Positions 1-8,901 are shown, counted from the stretch's first letter. The stretch is DNA of 32,000 nt from Candidatus Buchananbacteria bacterium (GCA_030592165.1 JAUVKC010000002.1:1-32000), one strand, 5' to 3'. The notes: generated from the sequence alone by a model not told the origin. Program-made: numbers and translations.

Positions 1-648
1 ATTTCAGCTCCAACTAAATCAGAAGATATTAAAACTTATGTTAGGGGAGTGAATGATAAGAAACTAGGTAAAGATAAAATAATTTCTAATGCTTCATGCA
101 CAACAAACTGTACAGCTCCTGTTATAGGTGTTTTAAATAACAAATTTGGGGTCAAAAAAGCCCTATTAACAACTGTTCATGGTTATACTGCCACTCAGAG
201 CCTTATTGATGGTCCAAACGCTAAAGATCCACGTAGAGGCAGGGCAGCTGCCGCTAATATTGTCCCGACGTCTACAGGGGCTGCTATTGCTACAACTTTA
301 ACAATACCTAGTTTGAAGAATAAGTTTGACGGTATATCAGTAAGAGTACCAGTGCCCGATGGTTCATTAGTTGATGTAACAGCTGTTTTGAAAAAGAAAG
401 TAACTGTAGAGCAAGTTAATAAAGCTTTTAAAGACGCTGCGAAAAATCCATTGTATAAAGAAGTTTTGACAGTAACAACTGAGCCAATTGTTTCTACAGA
501 CGTTATTGGTTCTCCATACTCAGCTATTGTTGATTTACCTTTTACAAAAGTAATTGGCGGTGATTTAGTAAAGGTTTTGGCCTGGTATGACAACGAATAC
601 GGTTATTCATGTCGTTTAGTAGAAATGGTTGAGAGGATTAAATTATAA
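1..648 (+). CDS. gap: Glyceraldehyde-3-phosphate dehydrogenase, C-terminal part (5' end outside window)
   Basis: Frame 1 is open from base 1. The translation ISAPTK...NASCTTNC...WYDNEYGYS carries the catalytic-Cys and C-terminal GAPDH signatures. Confidence 0.95.
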   Translation: MSAPTKSEDIKTYVRGVNDKKLGKDKIISNASCTTNCTAPVIGVLNNKFGVKKALLTTVHGYTATQSLIDGPNAKDPRRGRAAAANIVPTSTGAAIATTLTIPSLKNKFDGISVRVPVPDGSLVDVTAVLKKKVTVEQVNKAFKDAAKNPLYKEVLTVTTEPIVSTDVIGSPYSAIVDLPFTKVIGGDLVKVLAWYDNEYGYSCRLVEMVERIKL

Positions 649-663
649 AAATTGATTATATTT

Positions 664-700
664 GCAGTCCGCTAATATTTTGAGCGGGCTGCTTTTTTTT
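664..700 (+). terminator. Rho-independent terminator after gap
   Basis: GCAGTCCGCT-N9-AGCGGGCTGC stem with one G-T pair, followed by T8. Confidence 0.7.
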
Positions 701-783
701 CCATGGATATTTTGCTATAATGAAATAAGGAAATTAGAAATTAATTATATTTTTACCAATTTCAAATATCCAATATCCATCTT

Positions 784-1809
784 ATGACAAAAGCTCAGTT
801 TAAAAAATTTACAGATTATTTGATCAAAAATAATCAAGTGATTGCTCCTCAATATGATGTTGAGGAAATTTTGCATTTGAATGAATTGAATAATTCAGCT
901 GATTTATATTTGGGAACTGAATTGCCTTTAGACTCCTGGAAGTTTTATATGCTTCCACATGATCAGAAAATGTTTGAATATCAGGGAGATAAACTAAAAG
1001 AAACTTTACCAAAAATTGATAAGCAAGTTTTTCTTGGTGTTTCAATTCTAGATATGCAAGCATTAACGTTGCTAAACCAAGTCTATGAGAAAGATGCTTA
1101 TTATCAGGATATTAAAAAGAAAACAATAGTTATTGGCACATCTTTAGTTCCTAAAGATGGCTTTAATAAGTTTTTTGAGGTTTTTGAAGAAAACAAACTT
1201 GAGCATTTACAGTTTGATATCTTTTTAGCAGTTCAAAAAGATAATTATAAAATATTTACAGGTTCAAATGACGGTCAAAGACTTTTGGATAAATTCTCCG
1301 CCAAAGGCGGATCCACCTCTGGCGGAGGTTACAAAAAATATCAGCATATTGAATATGCCGGACCAATTAGGGAAGAAGGACTTGACCAAAGAATGGTTGA
1401 TATTAAAGACGCTATGCAAAACAATCATAAGGATAAGATTTGGCAAGATTTGGGTAAACGTTGTATAGAGTGTGGTAAATGTACTATTGCTTGTCCGGTT
1501 TGTTTTTGTTTTAGGATGTATGACCAGGCTGATTTAGATCAGGATAAAGGAAGACGTAGTCGTTGTTGGGATTCTTGTTTTTATAACGAATTTACTCAAG
1601 TCGCTGGGGTTACTCCAAAATCACCAAAACATCGCTTTATGACAAAAACTGCTGAGAAAATATACTTTTGGTATGAACATCATTTTGTCCGCACACCTGA
1701 AAGTTTTTCTATGCCTGGTTGTGTTGGCTGTGGTCGTTGTACAAGGACATGTCCAGCTGACATTGACATAACTCAGACGATTCAGGATATTTTGAAGAAA
1801 AAGGAATGA
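784..1809 (+). CDS. hydB: Group 3b [NiFe]-hydrogenase beta subunit (AsrA-like Fe-S protein)
   Basis: Two ferredoxin motifs (CIECGKCTIACP, CVGCGRCTRTCP) plus extra Cys clusters. The gamma, delta and alpha subunit genes lie in the same window. Confidence 0.75.
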   Translation: MTKAQFKKFTDYLIKNNQVIAPQYDVEEILHLNELNNSADLYLGTELPLDSWKFYMLPHDQKMFEYQGDKLKETLPKIDKQVFLGVSILDMQALTLLNQVYEKDAYYQDIKKKTIVIGTSLVPKDGFNKFFEVFEENKLEHLQFDIFLAVQKDNYKIFTGSNDGQRLLDKFSAKGGSTSGGGYKKYQHIEYAGPIREEGLDQRMVDIKDAMQNNHKDKIWQDLGKRCIECGKCTIACPVCFCFRMYDQADLDQDKGRRSRCWDSCFYNEFTQVAGVTPKSPKHRFMTKTAEKIYFWYEHHFVRTPESFSMPGCVGCGRCTRTCPADIDITQTIQDILKKKE

Positions 1810-1855
1810 ATTCCAAATAATAAATTATAAATTTTAAGTCAATTTTAAATGATAA

Positions 1856-2203
1856 ATGACTGAAAATAAAAACAATTTTGATTTAGAAGAAAGAACAGCA
1901 AGATTCGGAGAAAATGTGATTGATTTTTCTAAATCTATTCACGAAAACAATATTACTAGATCACTAATTAATCAATTGGTTAGTTGTGTTACTAGTATCG
2001 GAGTAAATTATATGGAAGCAAATGGCGCTGAATCAAAAAAAGATTTTAAACATAAAATAGCACTTTGTAAGAAAGAATCAAAAGAAGCCATGCATTGGTT
2101 CAGAATGATAGCCAAAGCAGTTAATGGAAAAGAACAAGAATGCCAAAAATATCGACAGGAGGCACATGAATTAACATTAATTTCTTGTAATAAGAAAAAT
2201 TAA
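1856..2203 (+). CDS. Four-helix-bundle protein (23S rRNA intervening-sequence protein / Avd-like family)
   Basis: 115 aa. ERTARFGENVIDFSK...LINQL..S.TSIG.NY.EA...SKKDF.HK..I..KE..E..HW is the characteristic pattern of this family. Confidence 0.7.
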   Translation: MTENKNNFDLEERTARFGENVIDFSKSIHENNITRSLINQLVSCVTSIGVNYMEANGAESKKDFKHKIALCKKESKEAMHWFRMIAKAVNGKEQECQKYRQEAHELTLISCNKKN

Positions 2204-2262
2204 AATTATAGTATTTGTTATTGATTTATAATTTAAAATTAAACATTTAAAATTTGTATAAT

Positions 2263-3075
2263 ATGCATAACGATTACCAAACATTTAATTCGAAAATTTT
2301 AAAAATAGGGAAGGAGGGTTCTGATTCCAAGACCTATACTTTAAGTTTGCCGTATAAAGGTTTTAAATTCGCACCAGGCCAGTATGTTATGATATCGTTG
2401 CCAGGTTTTGGTGAAGCGCCTATTTCGATTTCTTCTGATGTCAGTGAAACAAAAAATTTTGAATTAACTGTGCGTCGTTCAGGTGTTTTAACTACTGAAC
2501 TGCATAAAAAGAAAAAAAGCGATATTATTGGTATACGCGGGCCGTATGGTAATGCTTTTCCAATGGACTTAGGCAAAGGTAAGGAAATTTTAATAGTAGC
2601 TGGTGGTTGTGGGATTGAACCTGTTAGGCCTTTAATTCTCGATGCAGTACGAAATCCTAAAAAGTATAAAAAAGTTTCTATTTTTTATGGTGCAAGAGAT
2701 GAAGATGCTATGGTTTATGCTAAAGAATATGCGAAATGGAAAAAAGTTTGTGATTTTAATTTGACATTGGATAATCCTAAATCCAAGAAGTTTAGAAAAG
2801 GGGTTGTTACTACCTTGTTTGATGTTAAAAAAATCCCAACTGACTCGATTGCTTATATTTGCGGACCGCCGATTATGTATAAATTTGTGATCGAAAAAAT
2901 GATTAAACAAGGTTTTGATCCGAAAAATATATTTATGTCATTAGAGCGGCATATGGATTGCGGACAAGGAGTATGTCAGCATTGTGCTGTTGGTCCTTAT
3001 TATGTTTGTAAAGATGGACCGGTTTTTTCTTATGAACAGTTAAAAAATTTTAAAACCTGGTTAAAGCCAATTTAA
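2263..3075 (+). CDS. hydG: Group 3b [NiFe]-hydrogenase gamma subunit (FAD/NAD(P)-binding, 2Fe-2S; AsrB/PyrK-like)
   Basis: Ferredoxin-reductase-like fold motifs (ISISS, LIVAGGCGIEP) and a C-terminal CGQGVCQHCAV....C cluster. I prefer the ATG at 2263 over the TTG at 2254. Confidence 0.8.
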   Translation: MHNDYQTFNSKILKIGKEGSDSKTYTLSLPYKGFKFAPGQYVMISLPGFGEAPISISSDVSETKNFELTVRRSGVLTTELHKKKKSDIIGIRGPYGNAFPMDLGKGKEILIVAGGCGIEPVRPLILDAVRNPKKYKKVSIFYGARDEDAMVYAKEYAKWKKVCDFNLTLDNPKSKKFRKGVVTTLFDVKKIPTDSIAYICGPPIMYKFVIEKMIKQGFDPKNIFMSLERHMDCGQGVCQHCAVGPYYVCKDGPVFSYEQLKNFKTWLKPI

Positions 3076-3092
3076 TTATAAAATATAAAAAA

Positions 3093-3117
3093 ACTGGACT
3101 AAGAGATCTAGTTTTTT
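3093..3117 (+). terminator. Possible terminator after hydG
   Basis: ACTGGA-N8-TCTAGT stem (one G-T pair) followed by a T-run, with an A-run upstream. Confidence 0.45.
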
Positions 3118-3229
3118 AATGCTTAGACGTCTTGTCTTGTGGTGACTTTAACAAAAATTATAGGTTATATTGTTAATTTTTTAAAAATATGCGATCATTT
3201 AGTTAAGTTAAATAAACTAATAGTAATAT

Positions 3230-4126
3230 ATGCAAAACTCATTTGGTCACAAAATATGTAAAATTAAAGATCTTTTTCATGATGATAGGGTAGATGTAAG
3301 TATTAGGCAAATTCTTATTAGGGTTTTTCATTATTTAGGTATTTCTAGTGATAAGTCAGATGAAATTATTGATGAGTGTATTAATATTGCCAAAAATTAT
3401 GACACATTAGAATCATATGAACGTTCAGCTCATGAGATTTTAAAAAAAGAAGGTGTGGTTGAAGAGCTACCGAAAAAATTAGATAAAAGAGCTCATATAA
3501 TTTTTAATCAAATAAAGCCTTATCTTTTAGATGGTTCTATTCTTGATTTAGGATGTGGGGATGGTAGAGTCGGTCAGCTGGTTGCTGATTTCGGTCACCA
3601 CGTTGTTTTGGCTGGTATTTGTGAAAATGAAAATATTGAAAATATAAAATTACCTTTTAAGATTTTTAAAAAAAATCAACCATTGCCTTATGGTGATAAT
3701 GAATTTATAAATACTTTAGTTTTAACTGTACTGCATCACAGCGATGACCCTTTGTTTTTATTAAAGGAAATACATCGCGTAACAAAGGATGGTGGTAGAG
3801 TTTTGGTTCGTGAATCAGTCTATGGAGTGACTAAAGATAATTTATCAAAAGTAGAATCTGTTCGTGGCAAATATTATTTGGATCTAACAGCTGAACAGCA
3901 GAAAATGGTAAATATTTTCTTTGATCATTTTTATAGTACTATTATTCTTTATTCAGAAGATCCAGAAAAAAAAATAAAATTGCCATTTAATTTTAATACA
4001 CCAGGAGGCTGGAAGACTTTTTTTGAAGCCAATGGCTTTGATCAAGAAAAAGTTGACTATCTCGGAGTAGATCAGCCAACTGTACCTGAATATCACACTT
4101 TACATGTTTTGAGAGTAATTAAATAA
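3230..4126 (+). CDS. Class I SAM-dependent methyltransferase
   Basis: ILDLGCGDGRVG glycine-rich SAM motif I and downstream VLHH / GGRVLV motifs. The substrate is unknown. Confidence 0.75.
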   Translation: MQNSFGHKICKIKDLFHDDRVDVSIRQILIRVFHYLGISSDKSDEIIDECINIAKNYDTLESYERSAHEILKKEGVVEELPKKLDKRAHIIFNQIKPYLLDGSILDLGCGDGRVGQLVADFGHHVVLAGICENENIENIKLPFKIFKKNQPLPYGDNEFINTLVLTVLHHSDDPLFLLKEIHRVTKDGGRVLVRESVYGVTKDNLSKVESVRGKYYLDLTAEQQKMVNIFFDHFYSTIILYSEDPEKKIKLPFNFNTPGGWKTFFEANGFDQEKVDYLGVDQPTVPEYHTLHVLRVIK

Positions 4127-4145
4127 CAAATCAACAATATGAAAG

Positions 4146-4175
4146 AAGCAGTGTTTTATATAATACTGCTTTTTT
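4146..4175 (+). terminator. Terminator after the methyltransferase, with TATAAT in its loop
   Basis: AAGCAGT-N12-ACTGCTT followed by TTTT. The loop contains TATAAT at 4159-4164. Confidence 0.65.
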
Positions 4176-4178
4176 GGT

Positions 4179-5306
4179 ATGATTATGAATATGGAAGTTT
4201 TTCAAATAAAAAATAATATTAATAAAATTATTTTAGCTATGGGACCAGAATCTGATGGTAATTTTTGTATTCTAAAAAAAAGTCAGTTATATTATTTTAG
4301 TGGTTATGATGATTTGTTAGATGAAGATAATTATGTTAATTACAAGAATGAATTATTAGAATTTATTAAAAATAATAATTTGGTCCCTGATGTTATTTTA
4401 ATTGATTTACATCCATTGTTTAAAACAAGTCTATTGGGTTGTGATTTAGCTAAGAAGTACAATGCAAAATTGATCAAAGTTCAGCATCACCATGCGCATA
4501 TTGGCTCAGCAGTTTTAGATAAGATTATTAGTGATGATAATTATAAAATAAAGAATTTTGGAGCAATTACTAGTGATGGAACAGGTTATGGTTTAGACTG
4601 TAATGTTTGGGGAGGAGAGGTATTTAAGTATGAAGTGGGAAGTATGAAGTATGAGAGAATTGGGAGTTTAGAGGATCAGATTTTGATAGGTAGTGATTTG
4701 GCGATTAAAGAACCAGCCAGAATGATGTTAAGTATTTTATTAAAATTAAATAAATCCAGGGAATTAGTAAACTCCATGGTAGTCGATTATTATTGTGAAA
4801 AAGAATTAAATATCTTGATAAAGCAATATAAACAAAAATTTAATTGCCAGACAACTACTAGTACGGGCAGGGTATTGGATGCAGTCTCTGTTCTCTTAGG
4901 TTTTTGTGATAATAAACGTGATTATAAACATCAGCCGATTGATTTTTTGGAGAAAAATTCTGGTGAGCCATATAAACTTGAACCTAAAATTGAATTTGAT
5001 AAAATTCAAGATAGAGATATTATTTCAACATCGTATTTATTTGAATATTTAATTGATAACCTTGATAAAGATAAACAACGTTTAGCAGCGACTGCCCAAT
5101 TATATTTGGCTCAAGGTTTTTTTCAAGTCATGCAAAAACAAGGTTTGTCTGATATTTATTTTGCTGGAGGTATGGCTAATAATAAAATAATGTCAGAATA
5201 TTTTCAGTCTCTTGGCGTTTATTTAAATAAAAAAATCCCTTGTGGTGATAAGGGGATTAGTTTGGGTCAAATAGGTAGTTATATTTTAACAAATCCTGGG
5301 GATTAA
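4179..5306 (+). CDS. hypF: Hydrogenase maturation carbamoyltransferase HypF, Kae1-like C-terminal domain only
   Basis: VQHHHAHIGS, DGTGYGLDCNVWGGE, TTSTGRVLDAV, AGGMANNK and GDKGISLGQ match the C-terminal half of HypF. It is 375 aa, with no acylphosphatase, Zn-finger or YrdC-like part. Confidence 0.8.
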   Translation: MIMNMEVFQIKNNINKIILAMGPESDGNFCILKKSQLYYFSGYDDLLDEDNYVNYKNELLEFIKNNNLVPDVILIDLHPLFKTSLLGCDLAKKYNAKLIKVQHHHAHIGSAVLDKIISDDNYKIKNFGAITSDGTGYGLDCNVWGGEVFKYEVGSMKYERIGSLEDQILIGSDLAIKEPARMMLSILLKLNKSRELVNSMVVDYYCEKELNILIKQYKQKFNCQTTTSTGRVLDAVSVLLGFCDNKRDYKHQPIDFLEKNSGEPYKLEPKIEFDKIQDRDIISTSYLFEYLIDNLDKDKQRLAATAQLYLAQGFFQVMQKQGLSDIYFAGGMANNKIMSEYFQSLGVYLNKKIPCGDKGISLGQIGSYILTNPGD

Positions 5307-6254
5307 TTTGCCTCTTGGCATTTCTATTTTCCTTAGAGAATTAAATTTTGTTTTTAAAAATACACCTTCACCCATTTCAACCTGACCGATAATCTTTGCT
5401 TCTTTATTATATTCTTTTAATTTATTTAAAACTGATTCAGTGTTTTCTTGACCAACAGAAGCAATAAAGCGTCCTTCTGACGGTAAATTAAAGATATCTA
5501 AACCTAATAGATTAGTTAAAGCTACAACCTCTTTTTTATAAGGGAGTTTTTTTTCGTCTAGAATGATTTTCACTTTAGACTTCTTGGCAATTTCATTAAT
5601 ATTTGCTGCCAGACCTCCTCTGGTTGGATCTTTAGCTGAGGTTAAATAATTTTTAACAGAATTGATTTCATTAATTAATGGCTGGCAATCGCTTTTGATT
5701 TTTGTTTGATAGTCGAATCGGTAGGCTAGTAATGCTAATCCATGTTCTCCTAGATCCCCAGAAGTAATAATATTATCACCTGGTTGGCAACCAGAATTAT
5801 TAATTATATTATCAGCCAAGCCAACTCCTGAAGTAGTGACTTCTATTTTATCTAATTTCCCTTTATCAATTACCTTAGTATCTCCTGTAACAATAGGGAT
5901 TTGTGTTTCTTGAGATATTTGATTTATGGAGTTAGCTATTTTTAATAAATCTTTTTTTGGGAAACCTTCTTCTATGACAATGCTTAAAGATAAACCAATT
6001 GGCTGAGCGCCCATAACAGCCAGATCATTAATTGTGCCACAAACTGCTATTTTACCAATATCACCTCCAGGGAAAAAAATCGGATCAATTATAAAAGCAT
6101 CAGTTGTAAAAACTAATTTTTGATTACCCAAATCATAGACAGCTGAATCGTCTTCAATATTGCTCCAATCTTTTTTTAAATTAATTATTTGGCGAAGTTC
6201 TTTTATTAGTTCATTGTTTTTAAAACCACCGCCACCTTGTTCTAATTCAATCAT
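5286..6254 (-). CDS. hypE: Hydrogenase maturation protein HypE
   Basis: PurM/AIR-synthase-like fold motifs and the diagnostic C-terminal ...PRIC. It converges on hypF with a 21-nt overlap. Confidence 0.95.
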   Translation of the reverse strand: MIELEQGGGGFKNNELIKELRQIINLKKDWSNIEDDSAVYDLGNQKLVFTTDAFIIDPIFFPGGDIGKIAVCGTINDLAVMGAQPIGLSLSIVIEEGFPKKDLLKIANSINQISQETQIPIVTGDTKVIDKGKLDKIEVTTSGVGLADNIINNSGCQPGDNIITSGDLGEHGLALLAYRFDYQTKIKSDCQPLINEINSVKNYLTSAKDPTRGGLAANINEIAKKSKVKIILDEKKLPYKKEVVALTNLLGLDIFNLPSEGRFIASVGQENTESVLNKLKEYNKEAKIIGQVEMGEGVFLKTKFNSLRKIEMPRGKLIPRIC

Positions 6255-6255
6255 A

Positions 6256-7290
6256 TTAAGAATATTTATAATTTATATGACAGGCACCTTCAACTGACAC
6301 CATGCAGGCTCCCTGAGGTGTCTCTGGGGTGCAAGTTTTGCGAAAAAGGGGACAGTCATTGGATTTTTTTATTCCTTGTAATATTTGTCCGCAAATACAA
6401 TTATTTTCCATTGGTTTAAATCCTTTTTTTATATTAGTAATTAAATCTTTATAAATAAATTTTGCATCATTGTCTTTGAATTTTGCTTTGATTTTTAAAC
6501 CTGATAGGGGAATAGAGCCTAGACCTCTCCATCTAGCATCTTTTATTTCAAAAACTTCATTGATTAAATCTAAGGCTTTTTGATTACCTTTTTCACTAAC
6601 AACTCTGATGTATTGGTTGATTACTTTATTATTTTTATTAATAATCATTTCAATCAAAAGTTTTATTGATTCAATAACATCTTCAGGTTCAAAGCCAGTG
6701 ATTACTTGTGGAAATTTGAATCGGTTATAAATCTTTGAACCAATAATGGCAGAGACATGGCCTGGATTAATAAAACCATTAATTTGAATATCTTTATTAC
6801 TAAGTAAGGTCTCCATGGCTGGTGGAAATAATTTATGACTGGAAAAGACAGTCAGTCCTTGTTTTATTGCCCAGGCAGTCATTGGGGTTGTTGTTTCAAA
6901 TCCAATACCAAAGAAGACAAGTTTTGGATATTGTTTTTGAAGTTTTAAAGCATCTTCAGTTGAATAAACTATGAAAATATTTTTCCCATTTTGTTTGGCT
7001 TTTTCAAGAGTTGACTGTCTGCCAGGTAAAGTTAAAGCGTCGCCATAGATGGCTATAGGAATATCATTTAAGGCCAAGCCAATTACAATATCAATATCTT
7101 GTTGATCAGTTACACAAATAGGACAGCCAGGCCCGGAAATTAATTCAATGTTTTTTGGTAATAAACTTTTCAAATTATACTTGGCAATAGTTTGGGAATG
7201 AGTGCCACAGAGTTCCATTAATTTAACATGATCAAGTTGCTGAGCCATGTTTTTGATCTCGTTGATATTTTGTTGTGTTGTTTTATCCAT
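6256..7290 (-). CDS. hypD: Hydrogenase maturation protein HypD
   Basis: CGTHSQTI, GPGCPICVT and GFETTTP motifs plus a C-terminal Cys cluster. The start is set at the internal ATG 7290, which gives an ATGGATAA overlap with the hypC stop. Confidence 0.9.
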   Translation of the reverse strand: MDKTTQQNINEIKNMAQQLDHVKLMELCGTHSQTIAKYNLKSLLPKNIELISGPGCPICVTDQQDIDIVIGLALNDIPIAIYGDALTLPGRQSTLEKAKQNGKNIFIVYSTEDALKLQKQYPKLVFFGIGFETTTPMTAWAIKQGLTVFSSHKLFPPAMETLLSNKDIQINGFINPGHVSAIIGSKIYNRFKFPQVITGFEPEDVIESIKLLIEMIINKNNKVINQYIRVVSEKGNQKALDLINEVFEIKDARWRGLGSIPLSGLKIKAKFKDNDAKFIYKDLITNIKKGFKPMENNCICGQILQGIKKSNDCPLFRKTCTPETPQGACMVSVEGACHINYKYS

Positions 7291-7486
7291 TATTAAAATA
7301 TTTAAGTGTTTTGGCTGCGTCTTTTTTTGATAATTTTTCAATAGCAAATCCAGCATGAACAATAACATAGTCATCAACTTGTCCATCAATAAGAGAGACA
7401 TTGGCTTCTTTTTCTAAACCGTCATAATCAATTATAGCCTTATGTCCTGAGATACTTTTTATTTTTCCTGGAATTGCTAAACACAT
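7283..7486 (-). CDS. hypC: Hydrogenase maturation chaperone HypC
   Basis: 67 aa, beginning with the canonical MCLAIPGK. Confidence 0.9.
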   Translation of the reverse strand: MCLAIPGKIKSISGHKAIIDYDGLEKEANVSLIDGQVDDYVIVHAGFAIEKLSKKDAAKTLKYFNNG

Positions 7487-7555
7487 AATATTATTTTATC
7501 ATTTTATTGTTTAAAATTCTACTGCGAATGTGTTATAATAATAAAAAATAAGGTT

Positions 7556-8344
7556 ATGACTAAAAAAATAAAAAAACCCAGCGTCGCATTTATCAGCTTA
7601 ACGTCTTGTGAAGGTTGTCAGTTTGCTATGCTTGATTTACATGGTAAATTTTTTGAGTTAACAAAGTACATTGATTTGGATGAAATTCGTTTACTTGAAG
7701 ACGAAAAAGAACGTTCTCATTATGATATAGCTTTTGTTGAAGGTAATCCTGTGACTAAGGAAAATTTACGCACCTTAAAGCGTATCCGTAAAATCTCCGA
7801 TGTAGTAGTTGTTTTAGGCGGCTGTGCTGATATTGGTGGGGTTTGGGAAATAAAAAATTATCATGATTATAAAAAAATTGGTGCTTATGTGTATAAGGAA
7901 TGTGAGACTATTGAAAATGAAAAAATTATTGAAGTACCTAAGGCGATTAAAGTTGACTATGTTTTGCCAGGTTGCCCGATAGATGCTCAGAATTTTTTAG
8001 ATCTGGTATATAGTTTGATTAATGGCAAGCCATGGGCCTTGAAAATGAATCCGGTTTGTTATGAATGTCAGATAAATAAAAATCCATGTCTATTGCAGGA
8101 AGGTAAAATATGTTTTGGCCCAATAGCTGTTGGTGGTTGCAATTCAGTTTGTTTAAACTCACGTCAAGAATGTTGGGCTTGTCGAGGTATCTTGGATCAG
8201 TCAGATGAAAAAATAACTAATTTAATAAAAATACTTGCTCATCATGGCTGGACAAAAGATGATATAATTGAAAAAATGGAATTTTTCGGAGCAAGGGATA
8301 GAATTGAAAAAGCTTTAGTAACTCCTGAAAAGAAAAAGAAATAA
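7556..8344 (+). CDS. hydD: Group 3b [NiFe]-hydrogenase delta (small) subunit
   Basis: N-terminal SCEGCQ, internal GGCA and PGCP, and C-terminal Cys clusters typical of small-subunit Fe-S ligands. A TGtTATAAT element lies upstream. Confidence 0.85.
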   Translation: MTKKIKKPSVAFISLTSCEGCQFAMLDLHGKFFELTKYIDLDEIRLLEDEKERSHYDIAFVEGNPVTKENLRTLKRIRKISDVVVVLGGCADIGGVWEIKNYHDYKKIGAYVYKECETIENEKIIEVPKAIKVDYVLPGCPIDAQNFLDLVYSLINGKPWALKMNPVCYECQINKNPCLLQEGKICFGPIAVGGCNSVCLNSRQECWACRGILDQSDEKITNLIKILAHHGWTKDDIIEKMEFFGARDRIEKALVTPEKKKK

Positions 8345-8370
8345 TTTTAAATAAAATTTTTAGTATAATT

Positions 8371-8401
8371 AAAAAAGACGAGAAATTTCTCGTCTTTTTT
8401 T
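8371..8401. terminator. Bidirectional terminator between hydD and the convergent Cys-rich gene
   Basis: A6-GACGAGAAATTTCTCGTC-T7, a perfect palindrome. Confidence 0.75.
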
Positions 8402-8411
8402 GTTTTTGAGG

Positions 8412-8867
8412 TTAATTGTGTTGTTTTAGTATTGATTTTTCTTCTTTATACACTTGGAGTGCATTTAGAATAGCATCATTTTCTTGCTCTTTTTTTTGAC
8501 TCGCCATTTTAATGACCTTGGCAGTTTGAGTAATCATGGCAGTTACTTGAGCTTCATGTGACATTACGGCTGGAATAGTTTTTGCATAAGGTCCTGGTAT
8601 TTGAGACCAGTGATCTGTTCCACAATTACATATTCCACCATCGTCAATGAATCCTCCACATCCAGAGCAACTATTCCCGAATTGACCAGGATATATTGGT
8701 TTGTCATAGTCAATGGTGAAATGTTCTTGGCCGAGATCTTTTGCAAGTGCATCAAATACCAGCTGTGTTTGATGTTTGTCCCGTGTTCCTCTTTGAAGTA
8801 AGGAAATTGCGCAGGCGCTTAAAACACCTATCTTTTCCGCTTTGTTGGTCGTAGCAACCTTTTTCAT
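8412..8867 (-). CDS. Hypothetical Cys-rich (putative zinc-ribbon) protein
   Basis: 151 aa with a good GGAGG Shine-Dalgarno 8 nt upstream. Contains a CSGCGG-X9-CNCG motif. A TTGACA-17-TATGAT promoter lies on the minus strand at 8943-8971. Confidence 0.6.
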   Translation of the reverse strand: MKKVATTNKAEKIGVLSACAISLLQRGTRDKHQTQLVFDALAKDLGQEHFTIDYDKPIYPGQFGNSCSGCGGFIDDGGICNCGTDHWSQIPGPYAKTIPAVMSHEAQVTAMITQTAKVIKMASQKKEQENDAILNALQVYKEEKSILKQHN

Positions 8868-8901
8868 GTTAGATTCCTCCGTTTTTGTTGTTAATGTTTC
8901 C

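Noticed and set aside
195-593. 132-aa ORF antisense to gap
   Set aside because: It lies entirely inside and opposite a strongly conserved GAPDH frame. It has no ribosome-binding site and no recognisable motif, so it is a typical shadow ORF.
824-1468. Three short ORFs (824-1063 minus, 1264-1446 minus, 1268-1468 plus) within hydB
   Set aside because: They are embedded in the hydB coding region in other frames or on the other strand. Their compositions are low-complexity and they have no start signals.
1856-2203. Diversity-generating retroelement suggested by the Avd-like four-helix-bundle gene
   Set aside because: There is no reverse transcriptase gene in the window, and I could not see a template/variable repeat pair with adenine-specific differences. 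The family also has many non-DGR members.
2254-2262. TTG starts proposed by the ORF track for hydG (2254) and hydA (10131)
   Set aside because: In both cases an in-frame ATG follows 2-3 codons later (2263 and 10137). These are the more parsimonious starts, and the difference is immaterial to function.
2334-2910. Two antisense ORFs inside hydG
   Set aside because: These are shadow ORFs of an AT-rich coding region. The hydG frame carries clear family motifs.
7291-7401. N-terminal 37-codon extension of the HypD ORF (start at 7401)
   Set aside because: The extension overlaps most of the hypC 3' half and translates to Leu/Met-rich nonsense. The internal ATG at 7290 gives the usual short hypC-hypD overlap, and the protein then begins near the conserved region.
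8564-8801. ORFs 8564-8755 (minus) and 8601-8801 (plus) inside the Cys-rich gene
   Set aside because: They are alternative frames or the opposite strand of a gene that has a good ribosome-binding site and promoter. They have no signals of their own.
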